Below are positions 52,038 to 63,400 of a stretch of 64,000 nt of DNA, in pieces. Source of the DNA: Candidatus Woesearchaeota archaeon (GTDB lineage Archaea > Nanobdellota > Nanobdellia > SCGC-AAA011-G17 > JACPIM01); assembly GCA_043817645.1 (NCBI GenBank), contig JBDRGP010000014.1, positions 11,879 to 75,878 on the forward strand. The letters are read 5' to 3'. The stretch's first letter is position 1, and every line of letters begins with the position of its first letter. Both the position numbers and the translations under genes were made by a program. Under the pieces are notes generated by a model. The model saw only the letters and a list, made by a program, of their open reading frames with translations, did not search any database and was not told the origin of the DNA.

Positions 52038-53753
52038 ATGACCCTGGATATTTTTATTGAAATAAGCCTTATAATTGCTTTAGCAACACTAATAGCCGGC
52101 ATAATGAGGCTGCTTAAACAACCCCTCATCATAGGCTACATCCTTACAGGCATTCTAGTAAGCCCATATTTTCTGAATTTAATCACCTCCCAGGATACAA
52201 TAATGACGTTCTCTCAAATTGGAGTAGCACTCCTATTATTTATTGTTGGCTTAAGTTTGAGCCCCAAAGTGATCAAAGAAGTAGGTAGAGTCTCTATAGT
52301 GACTGGAATTGGTCAGATTATTTTTACATCTTTAATTGGTTTTTTTATAGCAAGATTATTAGGATTTTCAGTCATAGTTTCTTTGTATATTGCTATTGCC
52401 TTAACCTTCAGTAGTACAATAATAATCATGAAGCTACTATCAGACAAAAGAGATCTACAGGCGCTTTATGGAAAAATCTCGATTGGTTTCCTAATAGTTC
52501 AAGACTTTATTGCCATCTTTATCTTAATAATTGTATCCTCCTTCTCCAATAAACAAGGTCTACTAAATATAGTAACTACCTCGATTGCAAACGGACTTTT
52601 TTTAGTAGGTATTTTTCTCCTATTAGTTTACTACCTATTGCCAAAGCTAGGCAATTTCTTCGCCAAATCGCAAGAATTTTTATTCTTATTCTCAATAGGT
52701 CTTGGTTTAGGGCTAGCCTCCTTATCTCATTTTCTGGGATTCTCAATAGAAATCGGTGCATTAATAGCAGGCGTAGCATTGTCAATGACGCCCTATAATC
52801 ATGAAATCAGCTCGAAAATGCGACCATTGCGCGATTTCTTCATCATACTCTTCTTTATACTTCTAGGCTCCCAAATGGTTTTTAGCGATATAAGTAACTA
52901 CATTATACCCATAATTCTTTTTTCCTTTTTCATCCTAATAGGCAATCCTCTTATTGTAATGATCTTAATGGGCATTCTTGGCTATCCAAAAAGAGTTGGT
53001 TTTAATGCCGGGTTGACAGTCGCTCAAATAAGCGAATTCTCTTTAATCCTCATAGCATTGGGGGTAAGGCTAAATCATTTAACAGGCGACATACTATCAT
53101 TAGTAACGATTATAGGTTTAATAACGATTGCTGGCTCTTCCTACTTCATCACCTACTCTTCCAGGATATATTCCTCGCTATCAAGATATCTCTCAATATT
53201 CGAAAGAAAGCACATTAAGCTAAAAAGAAAAAGAAGAACAAAAAAATGTGACATTCTTCTGTTTGGTTACAATAGAGTAGGCTATGACTTTGTACAGGCA
53301 TTTAAAAAAATAAAAAAGAAATTTCTAATAATTGATTATAATCCCGAAGCAATAAATGAATTATCAAAAACAGGACTAAACTGCAAATATGGCGATGCAT
53401 CGGACACAGAATTCTTAGAGGAATTAGACTTAGAAAAAGTAAAGTTAATAGTTTCAACCATACCAGACCTTGAAACAAATCTATTTGTTATAGAAAAAAC
53501 AAGAAAAATTAACAAAAAAGCAATAATCATCACAATATCGCACAGCATTGAAGAAGCTAATGCACTTTATAACGCCGGTGCAACATACGTAGTAATGCCA
53601 CATTTCCTAGGTGGAAGTTACGGAGCCATGTTAGTTACAAAATACAGATTAAACGAAAAAAAATTCCTAAAAGAAAAAAACAAACACCTCAAGCACCTAC
53701 AAAAGAGAAAAGACCTTGGTCATGAGCACCCAAAAGCTGAAGGCCACAGATAA
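52038..53753 (+). CDS. Kef-type monovalent cation:proton antiporter (CPA2) with a C-terminal RCK/TrkA-N domain
   Basis: About 12 TM segments followed by ILLFGYNRVG (Rossmann-like GxGxxG variant). Confidence 0.75.
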   Translation: MTLDIFIEISLIIALATLIAGIMRLLKQPLIIGYILTGILVSPYFLNLITSQDTIMTFSQIGVALLLFIVGLSLSPKVIKEVGRVSIVTGIGQIIFTSLIGFFIARLLGFSVIVSLYIAIALTFSSTIIIMKLLSDKRDLQALYGKISIGFLIVQDFIAIFILIIVSSFSNKQGLLNIVTTSIANGLFLVGIFLLLVYYLLPKLGNFFAKSQEFLFLFSIGLGLGLASLSHFLGFSIEIGALIAGVALSMTPYNHEISSKMRPLRDFFIILFFILLGSQMVFSDISNYIIPIILFSFFILIGNPLIVMILMGILGYPKRVGFNAGLTVAQISEFSLILIALGVRLNHLTGDILSLVTIIGLITIAGSSYFITYSSRIYSSLSRYLSIFERKHIKLKRKRRTKKCDILLFGYNRVGYDFVQAFKKIKKKFLIIDYNPEAINELSKTGLNCKYGDASDTEFLEELDLEKVKLIVSTIPDLETNLFVIEKTRKINKKAIIITISHSIEEANALYNAGATYVVMPHFLGGSYGAMLVTKYRLNEKKFLKEKNKHLKHLQKRKDLGHEHPKAEGHR

Positions 53754-54812
53754 TCACAAAAACTCTCCATTCTCATAAACTAATTTACCATCTAAAAATA
53801 TCTTCCCACCATTTCTCATATCTTTAACAATATCCCAATGAATAGCACTCTTATTAGTTCCGCCGCATTCAGGATAAGCATTTCCAATTGCGAGATGAAT
53901 AGTTTTATCTTGTTTTTCATCAAATAAAATATTCTTTATTGGTTTTTTAATTCCTGGATTCAAACCTATACCAAATTCACCTAAAAACTTACTGCCCTCA
54001 TCAGTACCAATCATTTCTTTCAAAAATTCTTCATTTTTCTCAGCACTCGCTTTAACAATTTCTCCATCTTTAAATTCAAAATAAACACCACCAACCTCTC
54101 TACCACCATAAATAGCAGGATAACTAAATTTAATATGTCCATTAACAGTTTTTTCAACAGGAGCAGTAAAAATCTCGCCATCTGGCATATTAAAAATACC
54201 ATCACCTTTCACAAACTTCCTTCCTTCAATACTAAAACTCAAATCAGTATCCTCGCCAACAACTCTTACTTCCTTCCCATCTTTCATAATCTCCACAAAC
54301 CTATCCAGCTCCTTAGACTTCTCTTCCCAATCAAATAAACAAGAACCATAAACAAAATCCTCAAATTCCTCAGTACTCATCTCAGCTTCTTGAGCAAAAC
54401 TATCACTTGGAAAATAAAAAATAACCCATTTCTTCTTTTGTCTTTCCTTACTCACCGGGTCTACTACTTTTTGTCTCAAAGATAGAAGTTTAGGATCAAT
54501 ATTAGTCAATTGTCTTGTATTGCCCCCGCCAGAAACATAAATAACAGCATCAGTTTTCTTCATTTCCTCCATAGCAACCTCAGGAAAATGCTCTAATTGC
54601 TTTTCGCTCGCATTTTTATAATAAACATAGCTTTGCCAAGGAAAACCGAGTTTCATCACAGGATAGGCCCCTTTTTTCAAAACAAGCCGATATAACTCTT
54701 TAAGTAAAGGCTCACAAACAGGATCCCCACCAAGTTGTACATATTCTCCTTCTTTTACCTTAGTAGAATAATTCACTAAAATTTCAGCTATTTTTGTAAT
54801 TCTTGGGTCCAT
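53754..54812 (-). CDS. M29-family aminopeptidase (AmpS/PepS-like)
   Basis: MDPRITKIAEILVNYS N-terminus, IHLAIG and HWDIV motifs near the C-terminus. Confidence 0.7.
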   Translation of the reverse strand: MDPRITKIAEILVNYSTKVKEGEYVQLGGDPVCEPLLKELYRLVLKKGAYPVMKLGFPWQSYVYYKNASEKQLEHFPEVAMEEMKKTDAVIYVSGGGNTRQLTNIDPKLLSLRQKVVDPVSKERQKKKWVIFYFPSDSFAQEAEMSTEEFEDFVYGSCLFDWEEKSKELDRFVEIMKDGKEVRVVGEDTDLSFSIEGRKFVKGDGIFNMPDGEIFTAPVEKTVNGHIKFSYPAIYGGREVGGVYFEFKDGEIVKASAEKNEEFLKEMIGTDEGSKFLGEFGIGLNPGIKKPIKNILFDEKQDKTIHLAIGNAYPECGGTNKSAIHWDIVKDMRNGGKIFLDGKLVYENGEFL

Positions 54813-54897
54813 GCCCCCTCATAGAATAACAAACCTTTAAAATATTTCCCTTCTAAAAAACAAAAACTATTTATAACCAATTCCTTATTTTTTTACC

Positions 54898-56310
54898 ATG
54901 CAAGAGGACTTAGTTAGATTTTCAATAGACTACCTTAGAAAAAAAGGAGCATCCTACGCAGAATCAAGACTTCAAGAAATAAAAAACAACAGTTTCATAG
55001 TTAAAAACGGCGTTCTCCAAGTCTCTTCATTCAATAATGAAAAAGGAGCAAGCATACGCTACATCTTAAAAAACACCTTAGGTTTCATATCCGCAAATGA
55101 ATTAAACAAACAAAAAATAAAAAAAGCAATAGATAACTCACTAAAGCTAACAAAAGCAGCTTCTAAAATAAATGAAAAAACAACATTCACTCAAGAAAAA
55201 ACACATAAAAAAACTTACAAAGTTCCTCAAAGAATAAAATTCTCAAACATCTCACCAGAGGAGAAAATTAAACTCCTCTTAGACATTCATAAAGAAGTAA
55301 AAAAAACAAAAGTAAACCTCCAAGCCTCATTTCTCTCTTTCAGCGACAACATAACAAAACAAATTTTTATGAATTCAGAAGGATCAAAAATTATTTCAGA
55401 AATACCGAGAGCGAGCATGTTCTACGTTTTTACAATTAATGAAAATAACAAATCTTCCCAAAGAATGTGGGAAAACGGAGCTTCAGGAGGATATGAAATC
55501 ATAAGGTCATGGAATTTATTAAAAAAACTCCCCCAAGAAGCAAAAAATCTAAGCAACATATTAAAAAAAGGCAATAAAATAAAAAAAGGCAAACAAGACC
55601 TGATAGTTTCTCCAGAAATAACAGGAATAATGACACACGAATCAGCTGGCCACCCAACAGAAGCAGATAGAATTTTCGGAAGAGAAGCAGCGCAAGCAGG
55701 AGAATCCTTTATAGAAAAAAATTCAATAGGCAATAAAATAGGCTCAGAAGCAGTAACAGTAGTTGATGATCCAACATTAAAAAACAGCTTCGGTTTTTAC
55801 TTATTTGATGATGAAGGTGTAAAAGCAAGAAGAAAATACTTATACAAAAAAGGAATCATAACAGAATTCCTACATAACAGAGAAACAGCACCCCACATGA
55901 ATCTAAAAAGCAATGGCTCATCACGTGCATCTTCATACAACAGAGAACCCATAATAAGAATGTCTAACACATTTGTACTTCCAAGCAAGACACCAGAGCA
56001 ACACCTAATCCAAGAAGTAAAAAGAGGAATCTATCTAAAAAGCTATACTGAATGGAATATAGACGATAAAAGAATGAACCAGAGGTATGTGGGTGCAGAA
56101 GCCTACGAAATCAAAAATGGTAAAATCACTAATCCAGTAATACACCCAACAATAGAAATCACAACACCAAAACTCTGGTCATCAGTAAAACTAGTAGCTA
56201 ACAATTCAGAGTATCATGCAGGAGAATGCGGTAAGGGCGAACCTATGCAAGGGATTCCAGTATGGTTTGGTGGACCTTCAATGTTAATAAAAAATGTGAA
56301 TATTTACTAA
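54898..56310 (+). CDS. tldD: TldD-family metalloprotease
   Basis: HESAGHPTEADR (HExxxH) and C-terminal GECGKG..GIP motif. Confidence 0.85.
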   Translation: MQEDLVRFSIDYLRKKGASYAESRLQEIKNNSFIVKNGVLQVSSFNNEKGASIRYILKNTLGFISANELNKQKIKKAIDNSLKLTKAASKINEKTTFTQEKTHKKTYKVPQRIKFSNISPEEKIKLLLDIHKEVKKTKVNLQASFLSFSDNITKQIFMNSEGSKIISEIPRASMFYVFTINENNKSSQRMWENGASGGYEIIRSWNLLKKLPQEAKNLSNILKKGNKIKKGKQDLIVSPEITGIMTHESAGHPTEADRIFGREAAQAGESFIEKNSIGNKIGSEAVTVVDDPTLKNSFGFYLFDDEGVKARRKYLYKKGIITEFLHNRETAPHMNLKSNGSSRASSYNREPIIRMSNTFVLPSKTPEQHLIQEVKRGIYLKSYTEWNIDDKRMNQRYVGAEAYEIKNGKITNPVIHPTIEITTPKLWSSVKLVANNSEYHAGECGKGEPMQGIPVWFGGPSMLIKNVNIY

Positions 56311-56311
56311 A

Positions 56312-57634
56312 ATGAAAAACCTATCTCAAAAAATAAAAAGAGATTTAATGAAAAAAGGAGCCACACATGTAGTCATAGGTACAAGTAAATCAAATTCAGA
56401 TCAAATCAAATTCTCAAATAATAAAATAAGCACAACAAAATCATGGTCCTCAATAGACTTATCCATATTCATAGCAATAAAAAACAAATTAGCAACAACA
56501 TCACTAAAAGAATTTGACAAAAAAACAATAAACTCAACAATAACCAACCTAATCAAAGTAGCAAAACTCTCTCAACCAAATAAAGATTTTTTAGACATAG
56601 CAAAGGGCCCTTTCAAATACAAAAACATTCCAGATACCTATGACAAAAAAATTCAAAAAATAAACAAAGTAAAGATAGTAGAAGATTCCATAACCAAAGC
56701 TTTAAGTGAAGGAGCAAAAAGAACTTCTGGTATTTTAGAAACATCAGAATCATCAACTTACCTAACTACCTCCTCAAATGTAGAAACAGAAGGAAAGGGA
56801 ACCTTCATACATCTATCTCTCAGAGCCTTATCAGAAAAAGATGCTTCGGGACATTTAACATGCAGCTCAAGAACATTATCAAAATTTAATTATCTAAAGG
56901 CAGCTCAAGAAGCAGGTTCAATAGCATCAGAATCAAAAAACCCAAAACCAGGTTCTCCAGGAAAATATAACATATTATTCAAACCCCTAGCCTTTGCAAA
57001 TCTTCTTTCTCTAGTCGGAGAAGCCTCATCAGTATTCTCAGTAGAATCAGGACTTTCCTTTTTAAAAAACAAAATCAACAAAAAAATCGCATCAAACAAA
57101 GTTACTTTCCTAGACAATCCAACAGTTCCAAACGGCATAGGAAGCACAAGATTTGATGCAGAAGGACATCCAACCCAAAAAACAGAATTAATAAAAAACG
57201 GAATCTTCAAAACATATCTCCACAACACATCATCTTCAAAAAGATACAAAACAAAAAACACAGCAAATGCGGGGATAATTTCACCAGAAGCATCTAACCT
57301 AATACTAAAAAAATCAGACTGGAATACACAAGAAATGATAAAACAAACAAAAAAAGGACTAATAATCACAAACTTATGGTATACAAGATTCAAAAATTAT
57401 GCAACAGGAGAGTTCTCAACAATACCAAGAGACGGAATTTTCTTAATTGAAAACGGAAAAATAAAACATCCTATAAAAGGCATAAGAATCTCTGAATCAT
57501 TACCAAATATCTTAAAAAATGTTCATGCAATAGGAAACAATCCTTATCAAATAGTCTCCTGGGAAACAAACGTGCCAACAACAACTCCAGACGTTCTGAT
57601 TAAGGGAGTAAATATAACAAAACCAGTTGAGTAA
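56312..57634 (+). CDS. pmbA: PmbA/TldE-family protein
   Basis: Paralogous to tldD without HExxxH. Starts 2 nt after the tldD stop. Confidence 0.8.
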   Translation: MKNLSQKIKRDLMKKGATHVVIGTSKSNSDQIKFSNNKISTTKSWSSIDLSIFIAIKNKLATTSLKEFDKKTINSTITNLIKVAKLSQPNKDFLDIAKGPFKYKNIPDTYDKKIQKINKVKIVEDSITKALSEGAKRTSGILETSESSTYLTTSSNVETEGKGTFIHLSLRALSEKDASGHLTCSSRTLSKFNYLKAAQEAGSIASESKNPKPGSPGKYNILFKPLAFANLLSLVGEASSVFSVESGLSFLKNKINKKIASNKVTFLDNPTVPNGIGSTRFDAEGHPTQKTELIKNGIFKTYLHNTSSSKRYKTKNTANAGIISPEASNLILKKSDWNTQEMIKQTKKGLIITNLWYTRFKNYATGEFSTIPRDGIFLIENGKIKHPIKGIRISESLPNILKNVHAIGNNPYQIVSWETNVPTTTPDVLIKGVNITKPVE

Positions 57635-57670
57635 TATTAATAAACTCTTTTTTCTATATTAAACTCTAAA

Positions 57671-57756
57671 GGGCCTGTAGTTTAGTCTGGATAGAATAGA
57701 AGGCTTCGGAGTGTAGGAGAAACCTTCAGACCTAGGTTCAAATCCTAGCAGGCCCG
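57671..57756 (+). tRNA. tRNA-Arg(UCG) with a 12-nt intron at the canonical 37/38 position. CCA is not encoded.
   Basis: Acceptor GGGCCTG/CAGGCCC, D-arm with GG, anticodon stem GAAGG/CCTTC, loop CUUCGG|intron|A, T-arm CTAGG-TTCAAAT-CCTAG, discriminator G, then TTTT. Confidence 0.85.
57710..57721 (+). other. tRNA-Arg intron (AGTGTAGGAGAA)
   Basis: CUUC (32-35) pairs with intron GGAG. There is a 3-nt AAA bulge at the 3-prime site, and the 5-prime site lies in the GGA-GUGUA loop (bulge-helix-loop). Confidence 0.75.
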
Positions 57757-57818
57757 TTTTACTCAATTTTTATCCTCAAAAAATACCTTTATATAATCCA
57801 GCTACCATCAAAAGCCAG

Positions 57819-58679
57819 ATGTCCAAAATAACAATCCATGAAAAAATACTGTATTCAATCATAATAGTCCTTATTCTATTCGCTGGATATCAAACATACA
57901 ATATCTATCAAATAAAAAACGAAATTTTAACAATGGATCTTGATCTCAAATCCCACGAAACCATCCTAAGTTCAGTCCAAGAAGAAATAGATTCTGTAAG
58001 ATCCCAAACATCAACCCAACTCTCAACTTTAACAGAACAATTAATAGAATCATCAAGTCAAATTTCTGACCTAAGACAAGACTTATCAGACGTACAAATT
58101 GAATCCCAGGACTTCTCATCGATTGTAGAAGAAGTAATAGAATCTGTAGTCTCAGTATTAACAGACAGAAGCCAAGGCTCAGGAGTATTCGTAAAAAGAG
58201 ATGGTTACATAGTAACAAATTTCCATGTCATAGAAAATGCACATAGGGTTAGAGTCTTAACATACGACAACAAGCTTTACGACGCAGAAATCATAGGAGT
58301 ATCTAAAAGCAGAGATATCGCCCTATTAAAAATAGAAACAAACAAATATCCTTTCCTAAAACTCGGAGATTCAGATGAAGTAAAAGTAGGCCAAAGAGTA
58401 ATTGCAGTAGGAAACCCATTAGGTTTATCTTTTTCAGTAACAGAGGGCATAGTTTCAGCAACAGACAGAGTAGGTCCAAACGAATTAAAAGCATATATTC
58501 AAGTTGATGTTCCAATTAACCCAGGAAACTCAGGCGGACCCCTAGTAAACATTAAAAAAGAAATCATAGGCATAAACAATTTCAAAATTGGTGGATTCGA
58601 ATCATTAGGCTTCGCAATAGACTCCAATCATGTACAAGAAGTAATAGACGAAATCTTCGAAGAACTAGAAAATCAATAA
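57819..58679 (+). CDS. Membrane-anchored trypsin-like serine protease (HtrA/DegP-like, no PDZ)
   Basis: N-terminal TM. TNFHVI (His), DIALLKI (Asp), GNSGGPLV (Ser). Confidence 0.8.
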   Translation: MSKITIHEKILYSIIIVLILFAGYQTYNIYQIKNEILTMDLDLKSHETILSSVQEEIDSVRSQTSTQLSTLTEQLIESSSQISDLRQDLSDVQIESQDFSSIVEEVIESVVSVLTDRSQGSGVFVKRDGYIVTNFHVIENAHRVRVLTYDNKLYDAEIIGVSKSRDIALLKIETNKYPFLKLGDSDEVKVGQRVIAVGNPLGLSFSVTEGIVSATDRVGPNELKAYIQVDVPINPGNSGGPLVNIKKEIIGINNFKIGGFESLGFAIDSNHVQEVIDEIFEELENQ

Positions 58680-59284
58680 ACTTTTTTTAATTTCCTCAAA
58701 AGTTCCTCCTTTTTTTGTTTTAGTTCTCTCGGAGTCATTTCAAAGTATCTATACTCTTTAAAATTTTTAATTATCCTAATCAATAAATCAGAATAATTCT
58801 CTTTCTTAATTTTTTTTAATATCTCACAATACTTCTCAAAATCAACATCGCAATAAAATAATAAACTCAAAACATCTAATCTATCCTTTTCGCCTTTTTC
58901 ACTTTCTTTTCTGTCTATTTCAGCACCCTGGTTAAGTACCAATAAATCTTCTATTTGAATCACATCAAAACCTTCAATTTTAGTTTTTCTCACCAGCTCT
59001 AAAGGAATGGTTAACTTAGAATAAAACGCCACATAAATATCGATATCCACTTCATCTATCCTTATTTCATATCTTTTAAGATTCTCATTCTTTTTTAAAT
59101 CATAATATTTTTTTAGTTTAGCCAAAGTTTCAAAATTCACAATAATATCTATATCTTTGCTTTTAAACTTCTTAGTCCACAAATAATTAGCCCACCCACC
59201 AATCAAAATAAACTCAAACTTCCCTTTCAATTTCCATAAAATTTTCCAACTTCTTTCTACAATAAGATCATTCCAGTATTCCAT
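58673..59284 (-). CDS. Nucleotidyltransferase-fold protein (AbiEii-like?)
   Basis: FILIGGWANYLW..KSKDIDIIV motif. 17-nt overlap with the upstream HTH gene. Confidence 0.5.
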   Translation of the reverse strand: MEYWNDLIVERSWKILWKLKGKFEFILIGGWANYLWTKKFKSKDIDIIVNFETLAKLKKYYDLKKNENLKRYEIRIDEVDIDIYVAFYSKLTIPLELVRKTKIEGFDVIQIEDLLVLNQGAEIDRKESEKGEKDRLDVLSLLFYCDVDFEKYCEILKKIKKENYSDLLIRIIKNFKEYRYFEMTPRELKQKKEELLRKLKKVY

Positions 59285-59840
59285 TTATCTTTTCCTCTAT
59301 CACCTTCAAAAAATCTTTAGCATACCACTCCTTTAAATTCCATAAATCTACAAATAAGTGCGCCAAACTCATTTTTTCAAATTCTTTTTTCAAAACAAAT
59401 AAATTAGGCTCATTTTTATTCTCTTTAAACCTCTTTTTAATTTCATTAAGATCATCAGAATAAACATAAACTTCACTATAATCCGCAGGCATATCATGAA
59501 ATAAAAACTTATAGGCTGAATACCCGCCATAGACTACAGCACTAGGCATATTTTTTTCAATATCAATAATACTTTTTTCAACTCTTGTTTTATAGATAAT
59601 ATCCTTATTCAAATCTCTTATACTCGCCCAATACAGCAATATTTTTCTGCCATTAACAATCTCAAAACTTCTTTTTTTTACCTTTACAGCATTCATTTTC
59701 CTTAGATGGCTTATCGCCAGACTTACAGTGCTCAAAGAAATCTTTAAAGCCCTAGCGATCTCAGCCTGAGTTAAGCTCTTATTTTTCTTTTCCATTAACT
59801 CTTCAAGTATATTTCTAAATACAAATTCTATTTTTTTCAT
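59268..59840 (-). CDS. Winged-helix regulator (AbiEi-like antitoxin?)
   Basis: LTQAEIARALKISLSTVSLAISHLRKMNAV HTH. Confidence 0.5.
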   Translation of the reverse strand: MKKIEFVFRNILEELMEKKNKSLTQAEIARALKISLSTVSLAISHLRKMNAVKVKKRSFEIVNGRKILLYWASIRDLNKDIIYKTRVEKSIIDIEKNMPSAVVYGGYSAYKFLFHDMPADYSEVYVYSDDLNEIKKRFKENKNEPNLFVLKKEFEKMSLAHLFVDLWNLKEWYAKDFLKVIEEKINGILE

Positions 59841-59860
59841 ACTACGAAATATATACTTAA

Positions 59861-59880
59861 TTATTTATAAATCTTTCGAT
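59861..59880 (-). promoter_or_regulatory. BRE/TATA promoter of the HTH-NTase pair
   Basis: Minus strand reads ATCGAAAGATTTATAAATAA, 21 nt upstream of the ATG at 59840. It matches 31593-31612 at 19 of 20 positions. Confidence 0.55.
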
Positions 59881-59903
59881 AAACATAGAAATATGTCTAA
59901 AAA

Positions 59904-60380
59904 TCAATAAATCTTCCTTAAAGCGTGTTTAATAGGAATATCCTCTAAAATAACTAATTTCTTAACTTCTTTAGAAACCTCTTCATCTTTAATTTCATTA
60001 TCTATCCTATTAAATAATCCATTAACTTGCCTAAAAGCAACTAAAGCAGCAGCCAATGCGTCTCTCTGGTGTTTGTCTTTTAATTTAATCTCCCTCTTTT
60101 TCAAATATTCTTTGGTTTTTTTCCTTTTTTCATAAAAAAATAAATCATATTTAGGACTAATAACTTTAGCACCCAATTGAGTAGCAACTTTCTTAACAGA
60201 TTTAGGAACCTTCATAACATCAGTGCCAACAATCAAAATTTTTCCATATCTACTAAGTTCCTTAATAACCATATCTAAATCACCCTTAAAAGAATTCACA
60301 TCAATTAAATTGCCATCAAGATCTAAAACAGCATACCCAATTTTACTTCCAGGGTCTAAGCCCATTATATAGCCATCCAT
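59904..60380 (-). CDS. RNase H-fold (RuvC/DUF460-like) nuclease-domain protein
   Basis: GLDPGSKIGYAVLDLDG N-terminus and LIVGTDV, with a C-terminal DALAAAL acidic motif. Confidence 0.5.
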   Translation of the reverse strand: MDGYIMGLDPGSKIGYAVLDLDGNLIDVNSFKGDLDMVIKELSRYGKILIVGTDVMKVPKSVKKVATQLGAKVISPKYDLFFYEKRKKTKEYLKKREIKLKDKHQRDALAAALVAFRQVNGLFNRIDNEIKDEEVSKEVKKLVILEDIPIKHALRKIY

Positions 60381-60446
60381 CTAGATCTAATAAGTCTTTT
60401 AAAATTTAAATAGTTTTAGTTAAAATTTACCTAAGATCCTTCTGGT

Positions 60447-63400
60447 TTAAGAGCATGAAGGGTTTAAAACACCATAAATCCTATAAGCAAAATCTGTTGG
60501 AGTTTCTGATTCCATCACTTCCTCAACAAAAGTCCATTCAGGATATCCAAAAAATCCACTTTGAGTAACACCTTGAGTTTGACCTTGTATCTCTCCGTTG
60601 CCAGTGGTTGCTGCATGGTTTCTTCCGCGATAATTTCCTACAAGACGGACTCCGAAATAATAATGTCCGGGCTCTAAAGTTATATCTGGAACAGAAAGAG
60701 TACCTTCATATGTTTCCATATCAAAATCAGTGCCTATTATTTCTGCTGTATAGTCAACATCTAAAAACTCAACGATAGTATTAAAATTGCTATCTAAAAT
60801 AACCACCTCAGCTGTATTATATTCCACATCTTGATGGGGTTGTCTCATACCAATCCATTTTATTTTTTGAACATCAACACATTCATCAAAAACAGCATCA
60901 TCAGCTGTCCATGACCAGGTAACAAAAGTCCGGCGTTCTGAACTTAGCATGCTTTCATGATCATATCCTTCTTCTCCTTGGTAGTTGTCCCATAATAACT
61001 GCGCTTTGAAACAATCATAGCAGCCTGTGTGTCGTTCTGTGTTTCTCAACATTGGCCACTCCAAGCTTTCATTACTAACTGCTCCGTTGGTTTTCCAAAC
61101 AAATACATCACCTAGTTCGTTAACAGCGACAATTTCTAGCACCCCATCTCCATCAACATCACCAACAGAAGCTCCTGATTGAGAAATGCAATACATTTGT
61201 TTTGGTTCAAATAATTGATTTCCATTAAAATCAAATGCAAATAATTTTCCTCCATATGTTGTGGTTATGATATCTGAATTGTCATCATTGTTAAGATCTG
61301 CTAAAACCGGTTGAACCCACACAGAAGATCCAACCTCCTGCGGCCAACCAGGCAAAACCTCTCCATATCTATCTAAAACATATATATCTCCACCGAAGAA
61401 ACCTCTAATATTGCCAAAGACTATTTCATTACTTCCATCATTATTTAAATCACCAGTAGCCAAAGAAAGAGGAGTTAACTGATAACCACCACCATTCCAA
61501 TCCCACTCCCGAATGCCTGTATGATGATAACAAGCCTCCCCCTGACCCCTACTAAAGCAAATCTCAAGATCAAAATCGCCGTCCATATCCAACATGACTG
61601 GATCACCGTAAGGAAAAAGAGGAACATCAAAATCAATTTCAAGATTACCAATGCTATCAAAGATTGCAACATGTGATTCTATGGTATACCAGTCATCAAG
61701 CCCATTTGGGAAATAATAATAAATTAATATTACTTCTTTTTCCCCGTCAGCATCAACATCTCCGACTGTAGGGGAGTAGAATAAACGGTAGAGGGGGTCG
61801 TTTCTCGCTGGTAATGGCCAGTTTCCAAAATTATTTCCTTGATAATCAAAAATATATGTTAAGGCACTTTCATCATAACCAGAAGCTATAATCTCTAAAT
61901 ATCCGTCATTATTTAAATCAACAAGCGACATTGAAGAGAAAAATAATCCCCAGAGGCTTGCATTTAGGGGAAGATCACATTGAATGGGCCATCCTTGTAC
62001 AGGAGTTCCATCAGATTCCCATGCATAAGCACATCGATCCATTGGATTTCCTTCTTGATCTGTTGTGTTCTCAGGCCACTGAGTCCAGCCTGCAACTATT
62101 TCCATATCCCCATCATTATCAATATCACCTACTGAGACTGAATGATATGCCCCATTACCCATTATCCCACCTCCAAGAGTTTGGGGCCAGCCGGGAAGTG
62201 GAGTTCCATCAGAAAAATATGCAAAAACCTCATGGGATCCTCTAATAAAAATTTCATCAGAGCCATCATTATTTATATCAGCTAAGGTCGGGGTGAACCC
62301 TGCCCATAACTCCCACTCCTGTCCAAGATTAATTGGCCATCCATCCATCAAGTCGTGATCAACATTTAGGTATCCGTAATCTTTAAAAATTCTTCCTTGG
62401 GTATCGAAAACTTTCAATCTAATTAAATACTCTCCCCCACTAATCTCTGTCAAATCTAAATTATCATACACCACATCATCTGAAGGAACTTCATAAGAAA
62501 CAGTTATCAAACTCCAGTCGGCTTCGTCTAATTCAACTAATGGAACATTAGAAGCATAAGCCAACTCATAATATTCAAAATTGTTTCCAGTTATCTCTCC
62601 AGTTATATCAATTATTAACTGGTTTTGCTCAATGGGATCTAAATTTATAATCATCGGATTCTCGAAAAATACAGATTCTAATGCATTCACCAAACCAAAA
62701 CCTTGTGTAGTTACTTTCTCGGGATTCGGCAATAGCGCTGCAGTATTCTTTATTAATGTCTTAATTTCTTCCGCATTATACCTGGGATTTCTTTGTTTTA
62801 TCAAAGCAGCTAATCCAGCAACATGTGGTGTTGCCATACTTGTTCCAGAGATAGAGGTATGTTCATCATCCAAGCATTCCCTATCACTCCATGCATCTTC
62901 CCACTGCGCAGCACATATGTTAACACCGGGAGCAACAATGTCTGGTTTAATTAAAGAAACTTTGTTCCCCAAAGCATCTTCCCAAATAACTGGCCCTTTT
63001 GAACTAAAATCAGCCATATTCAATTCTTTATCAACTGCACCAACAGTAATTGCTTTTCTTGCTGTTCCTGGTGAGCCAATAGTTCCTTCCCCATAATCGT
63101 TTCCTGCAGCAACAACGGCAACGACCCCTAAATCAACAGCATTATCAATAGCTAATGACATATCATCATCAGGATTCCCCCCACCACCCAAGCTTAAACT
63201 TATAACATCTAAATGATCTGAAAAATCTCCATCTTGATTAGGATCAACGCTTCTATCAATTGCTGCAATAATATCATTAAACCAACCACCGCCATACTCA
63301 TCTAATACTTTATAAGCAACAATATCTGCGTCAGGAGCAACGCCTTTCAAGACCCCATCACCAGCAGCTGTTGCTGCAACATGGGTTCCATGCCCCATAT

